Shown in pieces: positions 37,767 through 47,110 of a DNA stretch of 64,000 nt (its first letter is position 1; every line of letters begins with the position of its first letter). This stretch comes from an uncultured Candidatus Saccharibacteria bacterium. Its GTDB lineage: Bacteria; Patescibacteriota; Doudnabacteria; UBA920. The translations under genes were made by a program, and so were the position numbers. The stretch lies in contig CAZKVS010000004.1 of the NCBI GenBank assembly GCA_964556325.1, positions 2,439 to 66,438 of the forward strand, written 5' to 3'. The notes under the pieces were generated by a model that was given only the letters and a program-made list of their open reading frames with translations, made no database searches and had not been told where the DNA came from.

Positions 37767-37828
37767 TATAACTGTTCCTTTATGTAAAAGTTTGAAAGAA
37801 TAACCCTTTATTTAGAACCGTTAGGCAC

Positions 37829-37998
37829 TAAAAAACCACGCCATACTGAGGGCCTGGAAGAATGTAGGATTATACTCATACAATTACTCATTAAACGACA
37901 CCTATCTTGAGCCTTACAAGGGATTACTAATTAAATAAACGTCTGGTGTCGTGCCCTGTAAGCCAATACAGTATACAAAAAAGGGAGCTCTTTGGCAA
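37829..37998 (-). promoter_or_regulatory. rpsA promoter (TTGCCA-N17-TATACT) and structured leader with pseudoknot and terminator-like hairpin
   Basis: -35 at 37993-37998, -10 at 37970-37975; helices CTTACAGGG/CCCTTGTAAG and ACGACACC/GGTGTCGT; CCAGGCC..GGCGTGG-TTTTTT. Confidence 0.55.
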
Positions 37999-38249
37999 GC
38001 CCTAAGCGATGCTTAAAATAGCGAATAATCACCTCCTACTCTTTTGCCTTTCAGGCCATAAAATGTTAAAATTATGCATATTAATTGGATTAAAACGAAT
38101 TCGTAGTTATTTGTAGATTCGCATGAATTCGCCCGGCCTTCGTAGCCGTAACTCAAACAATTTTTACCCTTTAACAGCCACTCCAACCTTGCACGCCAAA
38201 TATTATATTGACGATACTTCGGCGGAGTAGGCTAGATTCGGATCGCGTT

Positions 38250-38873
38250 ATGCATATTCAATACCTTGGCCTTTCTTGCTTTAAGTTTATTACCAAAGAC
38301 GCAACGGTAGTAACCGACCCCTACGGTAAAGAGTCTGGACTGACTCCACCCCGGGGTAATACTGATATTATTGTACTCGCGGAAAACACAAACGACCTCT
38401 ACAGCAGCACAAGCTCTTTCTCCGGCACACCGTTCTTAATTGATAGCCCGGGCGAATACGACAAGAGCGGCGTCACCGTAACCGGCATCCCGCTCAAGCA
38501 AGAATCAGGTTACGTGACTATTTTCTTAATAGAAAGCGAAGACCTCAAAATACTAAACCTGGCGCATATTAAAGACTTCAACATCAAAGAAAGCGAGCTA
38601 GAAGACCTTGGTGAAATAGATATTCTCATTCTTCCCGTGGGCGGGCATACCGTACTCGGCGCCAGCGATGCAGCAAAAGTAGTAAACCAAATTGAACCAA
38701 ACATAGTCATCCCCTCTCACTACACCGCTACCGGCATAAAACTAGAGCTTGACCCCATAGACCGGTTCATAAAAGAAATGGGCAATAAACACGAAGAACT
38801 AGAAAAACTAATAATCAAAAAGAAAGACATTACTAATTCCGAGGAAACACGGTTGGTAGTGCTAACGGCATAA
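38250..38873 (+). CDS. MBL-fold metallo-hydrolase (Lactamase_B_3-like), metal ligands degenerate
   Basis: IQYLGLSCFK, TDPY, PGEY, DILILPVGG, IEPNIVIPSHY. Confidence 0.8.
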   Translation: MHIQYLGLSCFKFITKDATVVTDPYGKESGLTPPRGNTDIIVLAENTNDLYSSTSSFSGTPFLIDSPGEYDKSGVTVTGIPLKQESGYVTIFLIESEDLKILNLAHIKDFNIKESELEDLGEIDILILPVGGHTVLGASDAAKVVNQIEPNIVIPSHYTATGIKLELDPIDRFIKEMGNKHEELEKLIIKKKDITNSEETRLVVLTA

Positions 38874-38883
38874 ATAAAAACGT

Positions 38884-39096
38884 ATGAAAACCATACATCG
38901 CATTCAACAACTTCCAGAAGCAAAGCGCGAGCAACTTATGTGGGTAGTGGTAGCCACCGCTCTGGTGCTCCTACTCTTTATTTGGATAGGAACCAGTTAT
39001 ATCCCGAAGCCAGACCGCACAAACGGTAATTTCTTTACCGCAGTAAAAAACGAGGTAAACAAAGCCCGAGCGAATAACCCCAGCATTAACAAGTAG
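38884..39096 (+). CDS. Small single-TM hypothetical protein
   Basis: [14 protein letters not shown] plus TM; in operon before gyrA. Confidence 0.6.
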   Translation: MKTIHRIQQLPEAKREQLMWVVVATALVLLLFIWIGTSYIPKPDRTNGNFFTAVKNEVNKARANNPSINK

Positions 39097-39113
39097 TAGA
39101 TACCACCGTACAT

Positions 39114-41582
39114 ATGGCAAAAATCGAACGAGATGTAGCTCACTCAAACAACGTCGGACTCATACGCCCCCGGTCTCTCGAAACCGAAATGCAAGAGTCG
39201 TACTTAGACTACGCCATGACGGTTATTGTTTCGCGTGCTTTACCCGATGTACGCGACGGCTTAAAGCCAGTGAATCGTCGCATTTTATACGCCATGCGCA
39301 GCATGGGCCTCCGTGCTTCCGCCAAAACAACTAAGTCTGCCAAAATTGTTGGTGAGGTGCTTGGTAAATACCACCCCCATGGCGACACCTCTGTATATGA
39401 CGCCATGGTGCACATGGTGCAAGAGTTTTCCATGCGCTACCCGCTGGTAAAAGGTCAAGGTAACTTTGGCTCCATGGACGGTGATGGTGCAGCTGCCTAC
39501 AGGTACACTGAAGCAAAGCTCACCCCCATAGCCGAAGAATTACTCGTTGATATAGAAAAAGAAACCGTTGACTGGCGAGATAACTTTGACGCAACTGAAA
39601 AAGAACCTGTTGTGCTACCTGGTAAATTACCGAATGTTCTCCTCAACGGTACCCTTGGCATTGCGGTGGGTATGGCTACCGATTTAGCCCCTCACAACCT
39701 TACCGAGGTGACTAACGCCATTATCCATTTGATAGAAAACCCACACGCAACCATAGAGGACATTACCGATATTATAAAAGGGCCCGATTTTCCTACCGGC
39801 GGTATTATTTATGACGTTGCTGCCATTAAAAACGCCTATGCCACTGGCCGCGGAGGCGTGGTTGTTCGGGGCAAAACTGAAATTGAAGAAACCAAGACTG
39901 GCGCTTTCCGAATTGTTATCTCAGAAATCCCCTACCGAGTAAACAAGGCAACCATGCTAGAACGCATGGCAGACCTGGTGCGAGATAAAAAACTCGAAGG
40001 CATAAAGGACATTCGAGACGAGTCAGATAAAGACGGTGTCCGTGTCGTGGTGGATTTAAAAAAAGATGCTTTAGCAAATAAAATTCTGAACCAGCTGTTT
40101 TCTTATACCCAGCTCCAAGATACCTACCATTTCAACATGACCTCCCTGGTGGACGGCTTAGAGCCACACGTGCTCAACCTGAAAACCATGCTCGAGGAGT
40201 TTATTAAGCATCGTCAAATTATTATTCGTCGTCGCACAGAATACGACTTACGGAAAGCCAAGGAACGCGCTCATATCTTGGAAGGGTTAAAGATTGCGCT
40301 GGATCATATAGATGAAATAATCAACACTATTCGCAAGAGCCCCACCAAAGAAGAAGCTCATGCGAACTTGATGAAAAAGTTTAAACTTTCTGAGCTCCAA
40401 GCAACAGCTATTTTAGAAATTCGTTTGCAGACTCTTGCTGGTTTAGAACGAAAAAAAATTGAAGACGAGCTTGCAGAAAAGCGCAAACTCATTGCCAAAC
40501 TTGAAGACCTGCTTGCTCACCCAAAGAAAATACTCGGCATCGTCAAAGACGAAACCATTGAAATGCGCGACAAGTACGGCGACGAACGCCGCACGCAGGT
40601 GGTGAAACACGCGGTAGGTACGTTTGCTGCGGAAGACCTTATTCCGGAGAACCAGATGATAGTAACCATTACCAAGTCTGGGTACGTGAAGCGACTACTT
40701 CCTGACACCTACAAACAGCAAACCCGGGGTGGCAAAGGTGTTATTGGTCAGAGCCTGAAAGAAGAAGACGTGGTAGAAAAACTAATTTCTGCCAATACCC
40801 ACGACGACATTCTCTTCTTTACCAACAAGGGTCGCGTATTCCAGACGAAAGTCTACGAACTCCCTGAAGGTTCTCGAACCAGCAAAGGCCAAGCACTGGT
40901 AAACTTCCTACAACTGGGCAATGGAGAGACCACCACAGCTGTACTCATCTTAGGTAAAAAAGACGAAGCCAAATTCCTCGTTATGGCCACTAAAAAAGGC
41001 CTCATCAAAAAAGTCGCTCGCGAAGAGTTTGCCAAAGTCCGCAGAAGCGGCATGATAGCCATAGGCATTAAAGACGGTGACGAACTCAAGTGGGTTGAAA
41101 CAACCGCCGGAGACGACCAAATAATGCTTTCTACAGAGAACGGACAGGCCATTCGCTTTAATGAGAAAGACGTACGCGCCATGGGTCGCACCGCCGCCGG
41201 CGTAGGTGGCATGCGGGTGAAGAAAGATGACAACATTATTTCCATGGACGTCATTCGCAAAAACCTGGACGTGAAAACTCAAGAAGTGTTAGTCATAACC
41301 GAACTTGGTTTAGGAAAGAAAACCCCATTAGCAGACTATAAACTTCAAAAGCGGTCTGGTAGCGGCATAAAGACGGTCAAGATTAGTCCCCGGACTGGTA
41401 AAATTGTAGCCATGTACATCCTAGATGCAAAAGAAGAACATGACTTGGTTATAATCTCTCGCCAAGGCCAAACTATTCGCACGGCACTCAATGCCATCTC
41501 AACGCTCGGCCGAGCTACCCAAGGTGTCCGCGTTATGAAACTCGACACCGGCGACTCAGTAGCCAGCGCCACAATAATATAG
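39114..41582 (+). CDS. gyrA: DNA gyrase subunit A
   Basis: [27 protein letters not shown], GyrA box QTRGGKG. Confidence 0.97.
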   Translation: MAKIERDVAHSNNVGLIRPRSLETEMQESYLDYAMTVIVSRALPDVRDGLKPVNRRILYAMRSMGLRASAKTTKSAKIVGEVLGKYHPHGDTSVYDAMVHMVQEFSMRYPLVKGQGNFGSMDGDGAAAYRYTEAKLTPIAEELLVDIEKETVDWRDNFDATEKEPVVLPGKLPNVLLNGTLGIAVGMATDLAPHNLTEVTNAIIHLIENPHATIEDITDIIKGPDFPTGGIIYDVAAIKNAYATGRGGVVVRGKTEIEETKTGAFRIVISEIPYRVNKATMLERMADLVRDKKLEGIKDIRDESDKDGVRVVVDLKKDALANKILNQLFSYTQLQDTYHFNMTSLVDGLEPHVLNLKTMLEEFIKHRQIIIRRRTEYDLRKAKERAHILEGLKIALDHIDEIINTIRKSPTKEEAHANLMKKFKLSELQATAILEIRLQTLAGLERKKIEDELAEKRKLIAKLEDLLAHPKKILGIVKDETIEMRDKYGDERRTQVVKHAVGTFAAEDLIPENQMIVTITKSGYVKRLLPDTYKQQTRGGKGVIGQSLKEEDVVEKLISANTHDDILFFTNKGRVFQTKVYELPEGSRTSKGQALVNFLQLGNGETTTAVLILGKKDEAKFLVMATKKGLIKKVAREEFAKVRRSGMIAIGIKDGDELKWVETTAGDDQIMLSTENGQAIRFNEKDVRAMGRTAAGVGGMRVKKDDNIISMDVIRKNLDVKTQEVLVITELGLGKKTPLADYKLQKRSGSGIKTVKISPRTGKIVAMYILDAKEEHDLVIISRQGQTIRTALNAISTLGRATQGVRVMKLDTGDSVASATII

Positions 41583-41632
41583 CTCTAGAAAATAAAAAAG
41601 CCGCTCCGACACGGCTTTTTTATTTTGCAAAT

Positions 41633-43144
41633 TTAAGAGAGCAATGCTCTTAAATTCGTAGACATTATGGACTTTAAGTTAGCCATAAGCTCGACATTGT
41701 CTTCATTTAAATTCTTTAGCTCTGCAGTAGCGAGCGCAAAGATTAAATAGTCTAGGGCAGAAATAATATTTTTACTGTCCCTATTGGCTAGAACTACCCT
41801 GTCATAAAAAGGATGATCAGAGTTCCAACGAACTATAATAATCTTACCCTCTTGGTAAGTCTCATATAGGGTACCCTCTCGGCCCATAGACGCTGTCTCA
41901 AAACGCACTCCAAGCCCCTTTGGAGACACTTGCAGGTCTTTGAAATTTTTACGTTCATGAGGCAATCTATCGCCCCTTAAAATTCGAGGATCAGCAGAAC
42001 CCTTTCGAGAAGAGCGTTTTTCTACTTGAACATCAGGAGTAATCAGAAGTTTTGCCTTCTGGGCAATCACCTGTTCAGATTCTTGATGATCTACAATATT
42101 GGCACCTTCTGTTTTCTTGTTTCTCAGCAACCACGTGCGAATAGAAGCAATCTGACCTCCAATTTCTTGTTTTAAAAAATCGGTTATTGCTTGATTAGGC
42201 GTTACTCCGTCTTTTGAAAATCGCACCCCCATCTCACTATCCAAAGTCGCACTAAAATATAGTTCGGCCCTGAGTCTATTGAAGTCGTTATGCTTTGTTA
42301 AAACATTTAATGTTTGGGCCATCGCGACCTCTCTGTTATTGCGCATAACATAAAAGCCCTGATTGGCTATATTCATTTTCTTTTCTTTTTCTAACTCATC
42401 ATTAACTTCGGGAAGCACAGCGATTTTAACTCTGATCTTTTCTTTATTTGGATTTCCAGGCAATTCATAAGTCTCGTCGCTATATATTCTAACCCCCGGA
42501 TTATCTAACATTAAAGGATCCACAATTTCCACCTTCTTACCATTCACGTAGAATTCTATTTTAGACTCTATGAATCTTCGATAAATCCTCCCAATATCCC
42601 TGGAGAGCTTGTTGGCAAATTGAGACACATTGGTAGTCGAAAGCCTGTCGACTTTCGATAATATAACAATGGTACCATGCTCACCGGCCAACCTAGAAAA
42701 ATCAACCTTTTCTTGCTGATTCGCCTTGCGCAGTACTTTAACGAACTGGTTACTTTCTATTACCTCGTCTAAATCTTGAGAGCTGTAAAAATACTCTTCT
42801 TCGTCTTTTCGAGTAATCACTTCAAGCTTACGGGCCATAGAAATAGACGCCGTGCATAAACCCATACCGAATTTACCCAAGTCGGCCACCTCGTCGCGAT
42901 CTGTTATAGACCCAAGCTTTAAGGCTTCATCTAAGACAGCTTCGCTCATACCCATACCGTTATCCCCTATAATAACCCTAAGATTCCGCTGCTCGTGCTC
43001 AACGATAATATTAATCGTTCTAGCTTGCGCGTCGATTGAATTGTCGATAATATCCTCAATAGCAGCATAGCTATCGTAGCCGGTATTGCGCAGTGAAGTG
43101 ACAAGCTTCGCGGCGTTAGGCTGGTTTGGACGTAATTGGTCCAT
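41633..43144 (-). CDS. GHKL (MORC/HATPase_c_3) ATPase, stand-alone
   Basis: SLRNTGY, EDIIDNSIDA, DNGMGM, LGKFGMGL motifs. Confidence 0.85.
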   Translation of the reverse strand: MDQLRPNQPNAAKLVTSLRNTGYDSYAAIEDIIDNSIDAQARTINIIVEHEQRNLRVIIGDNGMGMSEAVLDEALKLGSITDRDEVADLGKFGMGLCTASISMARKLEVITRKDEEEYFYSSQDLDEVIESNQFVKVLRKANQQEKVDFSRLAGEHGTIVILSKVDRLSTTNVSQFANKLSRDIGRIYRRFIESKIEFYVNGKKVEIVDPLMLDNPGVRIYSDETYELPGNPNKEKIRVKIAVLPEVNDELEKEKKMNIANQGFYVMRNNREVAMAQTLNVLTKHNDFNRLRAELYFSATLDSEMGVRFSKDGVTPNQAITDFLKQEIGGQIASIRTWLLRNKKTEGANIVDHQESEQVIAQKAKLLITPDVQVEKRSSRKGSADPRILRGDRLPHERKNFKDLQVSPKGLGVRFETASMGREGTLYETYQEGKIIIVRWNSDHPFYDRVVLANRDSKNIISALDYLIFALATAELKNLNEDNVELMANLKSIMSTNLRALLS

Positions 43145-43358
43145 ATATTCCTTTCTTTTCGATATCTAAGTTGATACCAAAAAATAAATAACACCCCTGG
43201 TAGGTGTTTAAGCAAATCAAATACAGTCGGAGAGTGTATTTGGTTTCTGTAATCGATATTGACAAGCAATACCAATACTCCACCAAGGTCATTTTAATAG
43301 TAGACGATGTCTGGTAAGATTGTCAATAATAAAACCACCTAACTAGGTGGTTTTATTA

Positions 43359-43435
43359 TGGTGGGCGTGCATGGACTCGAACCATGGACCCTCAAGGTAT
43401 AAGCTTGATGCTCTAACCAGCTGAGCTACACGCCC
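43359..43435 (-). tRNA. tRNA-Ile(TAT)
   Basis: Anticodon arm TCAAG-CTTATAC-CTTGA; CCA. Confidence 0.88.
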
Positions 43436-43535
43436 CCTACTTCGCTAAAGCTACGTAGGGCAAGCCTACTTAGTAAAGCTGCAATGGACGAATCTCGTCC
43501 GACATAGCCTTGGCGACGTCGGAAGCTACACGCCC
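43436..43535 (-). mobile_element. tRNA-5'-associated double-hairpin element, second copy
   Basis: GGGCGTGTAGCT duplicated 100 bp apart (43424, 43524), enclosing two REP-like hairpins. Confidence 0.65.
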
Positions 43536-43648
43536 ACGCTGAGCGTGGGCACAGAAGCGCTGAGCGCTTCGCCCGTAGAGAAATTATAGCCGAATATCCA
43601 GATTTTCAGCAACTGTACGAATCGAGGCCAAATCCGTATACTTTAATC

Positions 43649-44314
43649 ATGTTATCTATAGTTGCAACACCAATTGGAAACCTGGGAGATACAACCTTCC
43701 GGGCAGTAGAAGTACTGCGCGAGGCAGATTTTATCATTGCCGAAAACCCACTCCATACTGCCAAGCTACTTAAACACTTTGAAATACCCAAGAAGGAGTT
43801 GGTGCAGTTTGCCGACCATAATGAACAAAAAGCGCTACCCAAGATTCTCGACAGACTCGAACAAGAACACGGGGCACTGGTCAGCGATGCGGGCACGCCG
43901 GGCATTTCCGATCCAGGCTTTCGACTCGTCCGAGCCTGTGTCGAAAAAAGCATCCAAATACAAAACATTCCTGGCGCAAGCGCAATCATTACGGCACTTG
44001 CTGGTTCAGGACTTCCTACGGATCGTTTTCTTTTTGTAGGTTTCCTACCTAAAACTGAACCCAAGCTTTTGCAAGCATTGGAGTCGGGACTGCAGACCGG
44101 AAGCACATTAGTTATTTACGAGTCCCCTCAGCGCATTGGCAAAACAGTTGAAACCATCACAAAAACCTACCCCCATGCTCAAGTTGTTGTTGCTCGAGAG
44201 CTCACGAAAATGCATGAAGAGTTTATTCGTGGTAGCGCTGCGGAAGTAACAACGCTACTTAAAAAACGTGCCTCCATAAAGGGTGAACTAGTCCTCCTCG
44301 TTTCTTTTAAATAA
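43649..44314 (+). CDS. rsmI: 16S rRNA C1402 2'-O-methyltransferase
   Basis: VATPIGNLGD, LVSDAGTPGISDPG, YESP, ARELTKMHEE. Confidence 0.95.
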   Translation: MLSIVATPIGNLGDTTFRAVEVLREADFIIAENPLHTAKLLKHFEIPKKELVQFADHNEQKALPKILDRLEQEHGALVSDAGTPGISDPGFRLVRACVEKSIQIQNIPGASAIITALAGSGLPTDRFLFVGFLPKTEPKLLQALESGLQTGSTLVIYESPQRIGKTVETITKTYPHAQVVVARELTKMHEEFIRGSAAEVTTLLKKRASIKGELVLLVSFK

Positions 44315-44333
44315 AATTCAATCATTTACTTAT

Positions 44334-44369
44334 TTTGAAACTTACTCGCAATTGCGAGTTAGTTTCAAA
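44334..44369. repeat. 36-bp palindrome, upstream copy
   Basis: TTTGAAACTTACTCGCAATTGCGAGTTAGTTTCAAA. Confidence 0.85.
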
Positions 44370-44418
44370 ATTATGCTATAATTTACAAAAGAAAAACTTA
44401 TAAAAGTCGTTTCTATGT

Positions 44419-45084
44419 ATGGAACAAACATCACTACATAAGCTATTGGGCAAGCTTCCGACGGATCAATCCCAAAACATTGAAGCGATTCTCACATCCG
44501 AAAAAACAAAAGACATCGCAAGTACCATATTGTTACTGATTGGCGCAGCCGGCATTATAGGCATGACACTCACCATGCCTAATAGCCTGAAACTGCTTGC
44601 TCCATTTTTGCATAAGAGATATAAAAAACCTCTTCGCTCAAACGAGCAACGAGAAAAAGTGTTGCAATCCTACTATTACCTCAAACGCAGTGGACAAATA
44701 CAAATAGAAGAGACCGAACATGGCATATGGGCAAAGTTAACCGAAAAAGGAAAGAAAAAGTTCCAAAAGATCACTAGCGATATCCACGCAATTCAACGAC
44801 CACCCCTATGGCCTGGCACCTGGTGGCTGGTAGCCGCGGATATACCGACCAAAGATTTTAAAATAGCGGCAGATATGTTTAGAGTAAAGCTGCGCGAACT
44901 AAAATTTTATCCGCTACAACGCACACTCTGGATTCATCCATTTGATCCGAGAAAGGAGCTAGAATATATCAGCAACCACTATGATATCGGCAAATTTATT
45001 ACTGTGATGGAAATTAAACGGATAGACAAACAAGACGAGGCAGTTCTAAAGAAATACTTTACTGAAAAGGGTTTGCTAAAGTAA
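44419..45084 (+). CDS. PaaX-like protein (wHTH plus Cas2-like domain)
   Basis: LTEKG...WPGTWWLVAADIP...FRVKLRELKFYPLQRTLWIHP. Confidence 0.8.
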   Translation: MEQTSLHKLLGKLPTDQSQNIEAILTSEKTKDIASTILLLIGAAGIIGMTLTMPNSLKLLAPFLHKRYKKPLRSNEQREKVLQSYYYLKRSGQIQIEETEHGIWAKLTEKGKKKFQKITSDIHAIQRPPLWPGTWWLVAADIPTKDFKIAADMFRVKLRELKFYPLQRTLWIHPFDPRKELEYISNHYDIGKFITVMEIKRIDKQDEAVLKKYFTEKGLLK

Positions 45085-45120
45085 TTTGAAACTCACTCGC
45101 AATTGCTAGTAAGTTTCAAA
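45085..45120. repeat. 36-bp palindrome, downstream copy
   Basis: TTTGAAACTCACTCGCAATTGCTAGTAAGTTTCAAA; 2 mismatches to the upstream copy when inverted. Confidence 0.85.
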
Positions 45121-45146
45121 TGAGAGCAAGAGGAGTAGCAGCGACC

Positions 45147-45566
45147 ATGAAACCATTAGCAAGAGAACAACTTAGGAAAATATATAAGAAAGTTAAACAC
45201 TTACGTCTACCTCCCAAACTGGAAGAAGCAGAATTTGAGACGCTTACCTACTACAGCTGGCTTGATCAGTCAGATATGTGCCTATTTGTGGTTTATGATT
45301 TTCGTGGAACTCCCACAGGACTCCGGCTTGAAGTGGTTCAGCCACCAGTTGGCGCGCTCCGTCTAGGCTTTTGTGAATTTTGCCATAAACACCGGAAGCA
45401 AAGCGACGTGTACTTTGTAGCCTGCGAAACTAGAAAGCAGCCCAAAGGAGTAGAATATCAATCTCGCGGCACCTGGATGTGCTCCGGGTTTGAAAAATGT
45501 AACCGCGACATGAAAAACGATACCCGCATTCATGAGTTTTTCGAACGAATCCTAGAAATCGCATAA
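45147..45566 (+). CDS. FBP_C (FusB-type EF-G-binding) treble-clef zinc-finger protein
   Basis: YYSWLD...GFCEFCH...SRGTWMCSGFEKCN; AGGAG RBS. Confidence 0.7.
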   Translation: MKPLAREQLRKIYKKVKHLRLPPKLEEAEFETLTYYSWLDQSDMCLFVVYDFRGTPTGLRLEVVQPPVGALRLGFCEFCHKHRKQSDVYFVACETRKQPKGVEYQSRGTWMCSGFEKCNRDMKNDTRIHEFFERILEIA

Positions 45567-45659
45567 CTCTTGGCAGAGACGCCAAACTTCTCTATCATAA
45601 TTCTACATTTCACGTTTCCTGTATTCTTAATTCATAATTCTTAATTCCGCGCTTCGCAC

Positions 45660-46409
45660 ATGTCCGGACACAGTAAATGGTCACAAATTAAGCGAACCAA
45701 AGGAGTAAAGGACGCCAAACGAGGCGTGCTGTTTTCCAAGTTGTCTAAAAAAATAACCCTTGCCGCTAAGTCCGGCCACAGTGACCCAGCGCTCAACTTT
45801 CAACTACGTACGGAAATAGAAGCAGCCCGCGCGGAAGGCATGCCGAACGATAACATTGACCGAGCCATAAAGAAAGCATCAGACAAAGACTCGGTCCAAA
45901 TGACCGAAGCTATTTACGAAGGGTACGGACCTTACGGCACTGCGTTTCTGGTAGAAGTAGCGACCGACAACACTAACCGGGCAGTCCAACACATTAAACA
46001 TGCGTTTAGTAAACACGAAGGGTCGCTCGGAGCCATGGGAAGTGTAGCCTGGCAGTTTGAGACAAAAGGACAGATTCTCGTTGAGAATAATTCCCAATTT
46101 CTAATTTCTAATTCCCAAAATAAAACACCCAGCATGGCTGAGTTAGAATTAATAGCGATAGATGCGGGGGCGGATGATGTGCGGGAGTCAGAAGAGGGCT
46201 TGGAAGTGTACACAAAACCGGAACTACTCCAAAGCGTTAGGACTACGCTAGCGGAAGCAGGGGCAAGCATTGCGCAAGCACAAATAATAAAAGAGTCGTC
46301 TCAGGGTGTAAATTTAACCGAAGAACAGAAACCAAAAGTAGACGCACTATTCGCTGAACTAGAAGATAACGAAGACGTAGTGGCTGTGCACACCAGCGCA
46401 AATTTATAA
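45660..46409 (+). CDS. yebC: YebC/PmpR family protein
   Basis: MSGHSKWSQIKR, MPNDNIDRAI, YEGYGP, TDNTNR. Confidence 0.93.
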   Translation: MSGHSKWSQIKRTKGVKDAKRGVLFSKLSKKITLAAKSGHSDPALNFQLRTEIEAARAEGMPNDNIDRAIKKASDKDSVQMTEAIYEGYGPYGTAFLVEVATDNTNRAVQHIKHAFSKHEGSLGAMGSVAWQFETKGQILVENNSQFLISNSQNKTPSMAELELIAIDAGADDVRESEEGLEVYTKPELLQSVRTTLAEAGASIAQAQIIKESSQGVNLTEEQKPKVDALFAELEDNEDVVAVHTSANL

Positions 46410-46511
46410 GACCAAATTTGCTAAATATCTAATGTCTAATATCTAATTTCTAATGCAATGCCAAAGATGCCTCTCATTAGGAATTAGGAATTAGGAATTA
46501 GACATTTCTTC

Positions 46512-46994
46512 ATGATTATACTTGGCATTGATCCCGGAACCGCTACAACAGGCTTCGGGTTGATTGAAAAAGACAAAAAAGGTGCGTGGAGCGCTGTTGA
46601 GTTCGGCGTTATTACTACCGATAAAAAACTAGACGACTCAGAGCGGTTAAAGATACTTGCAACAGACTTGCACGATATTATTAAAAAATACAAACCGGTT
46701 GCGGCCGGAGTAGAAAAACTCTATTTTGAGACTAACGTTAAAACAGCCATTACCGTTGCGCAAGCTCGTGGCGCCATATTGCTTACACTTGCGCAACACG
46801 CTATCCCCATACACGAATTCACCCCCCTACAGGTAAAAAGCACTTTAACTGGTTACGGCAGTGCAGACAAAAAACAAATGCAGTTTATGGTTAAACACAC
46901 CTTTGGGCTCAAAACAGTACCTAAGCCTGACGATGCAGCTGACGCATTGGCCATAGCCCTTTGTTGCGCCAACTCTATTCGCCGGCCCCGCTAG
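46512..46994 (+). CDS. ruvC: Holliday junction resolvase
   Basis: ILGIDPG, VEKLYF, QARG, TPLQVK, DDAADALAIA. Confidence 0.95.
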   Translation: MIILGIDPGTATTGFGLIEKDKKGAWSAVEFGVITTDKKLDDSERLKILATDLHDIIKKYKPVAAGVEKLYFETNVKTAITVAQARGAILLTLAQHAIPIHEFTPLQVKSTLTGYGSADKKQMQFMVKHTFGLKTVPKPDDAADALAIALCCANSIRRPR

Positions 46995-47110
46995 CAAAAA
47001 GACTAGACAGACCAGCTTATTCCTGCTAGACTATGCCAACAGTAGTTATTCTAGTTACTGGAATTATTTATTAACTTCTTTTCGTGTAAACGAAAAGCAA
47101 GGAGAAATAT

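Noticed and set aside
44334-45120. CRISPR array (36-bp repeats next to a Cas2-like domain)
   Set aside because: Only two repeats, separated by a whole gene; no spacer series, no cas1 and no effector genes
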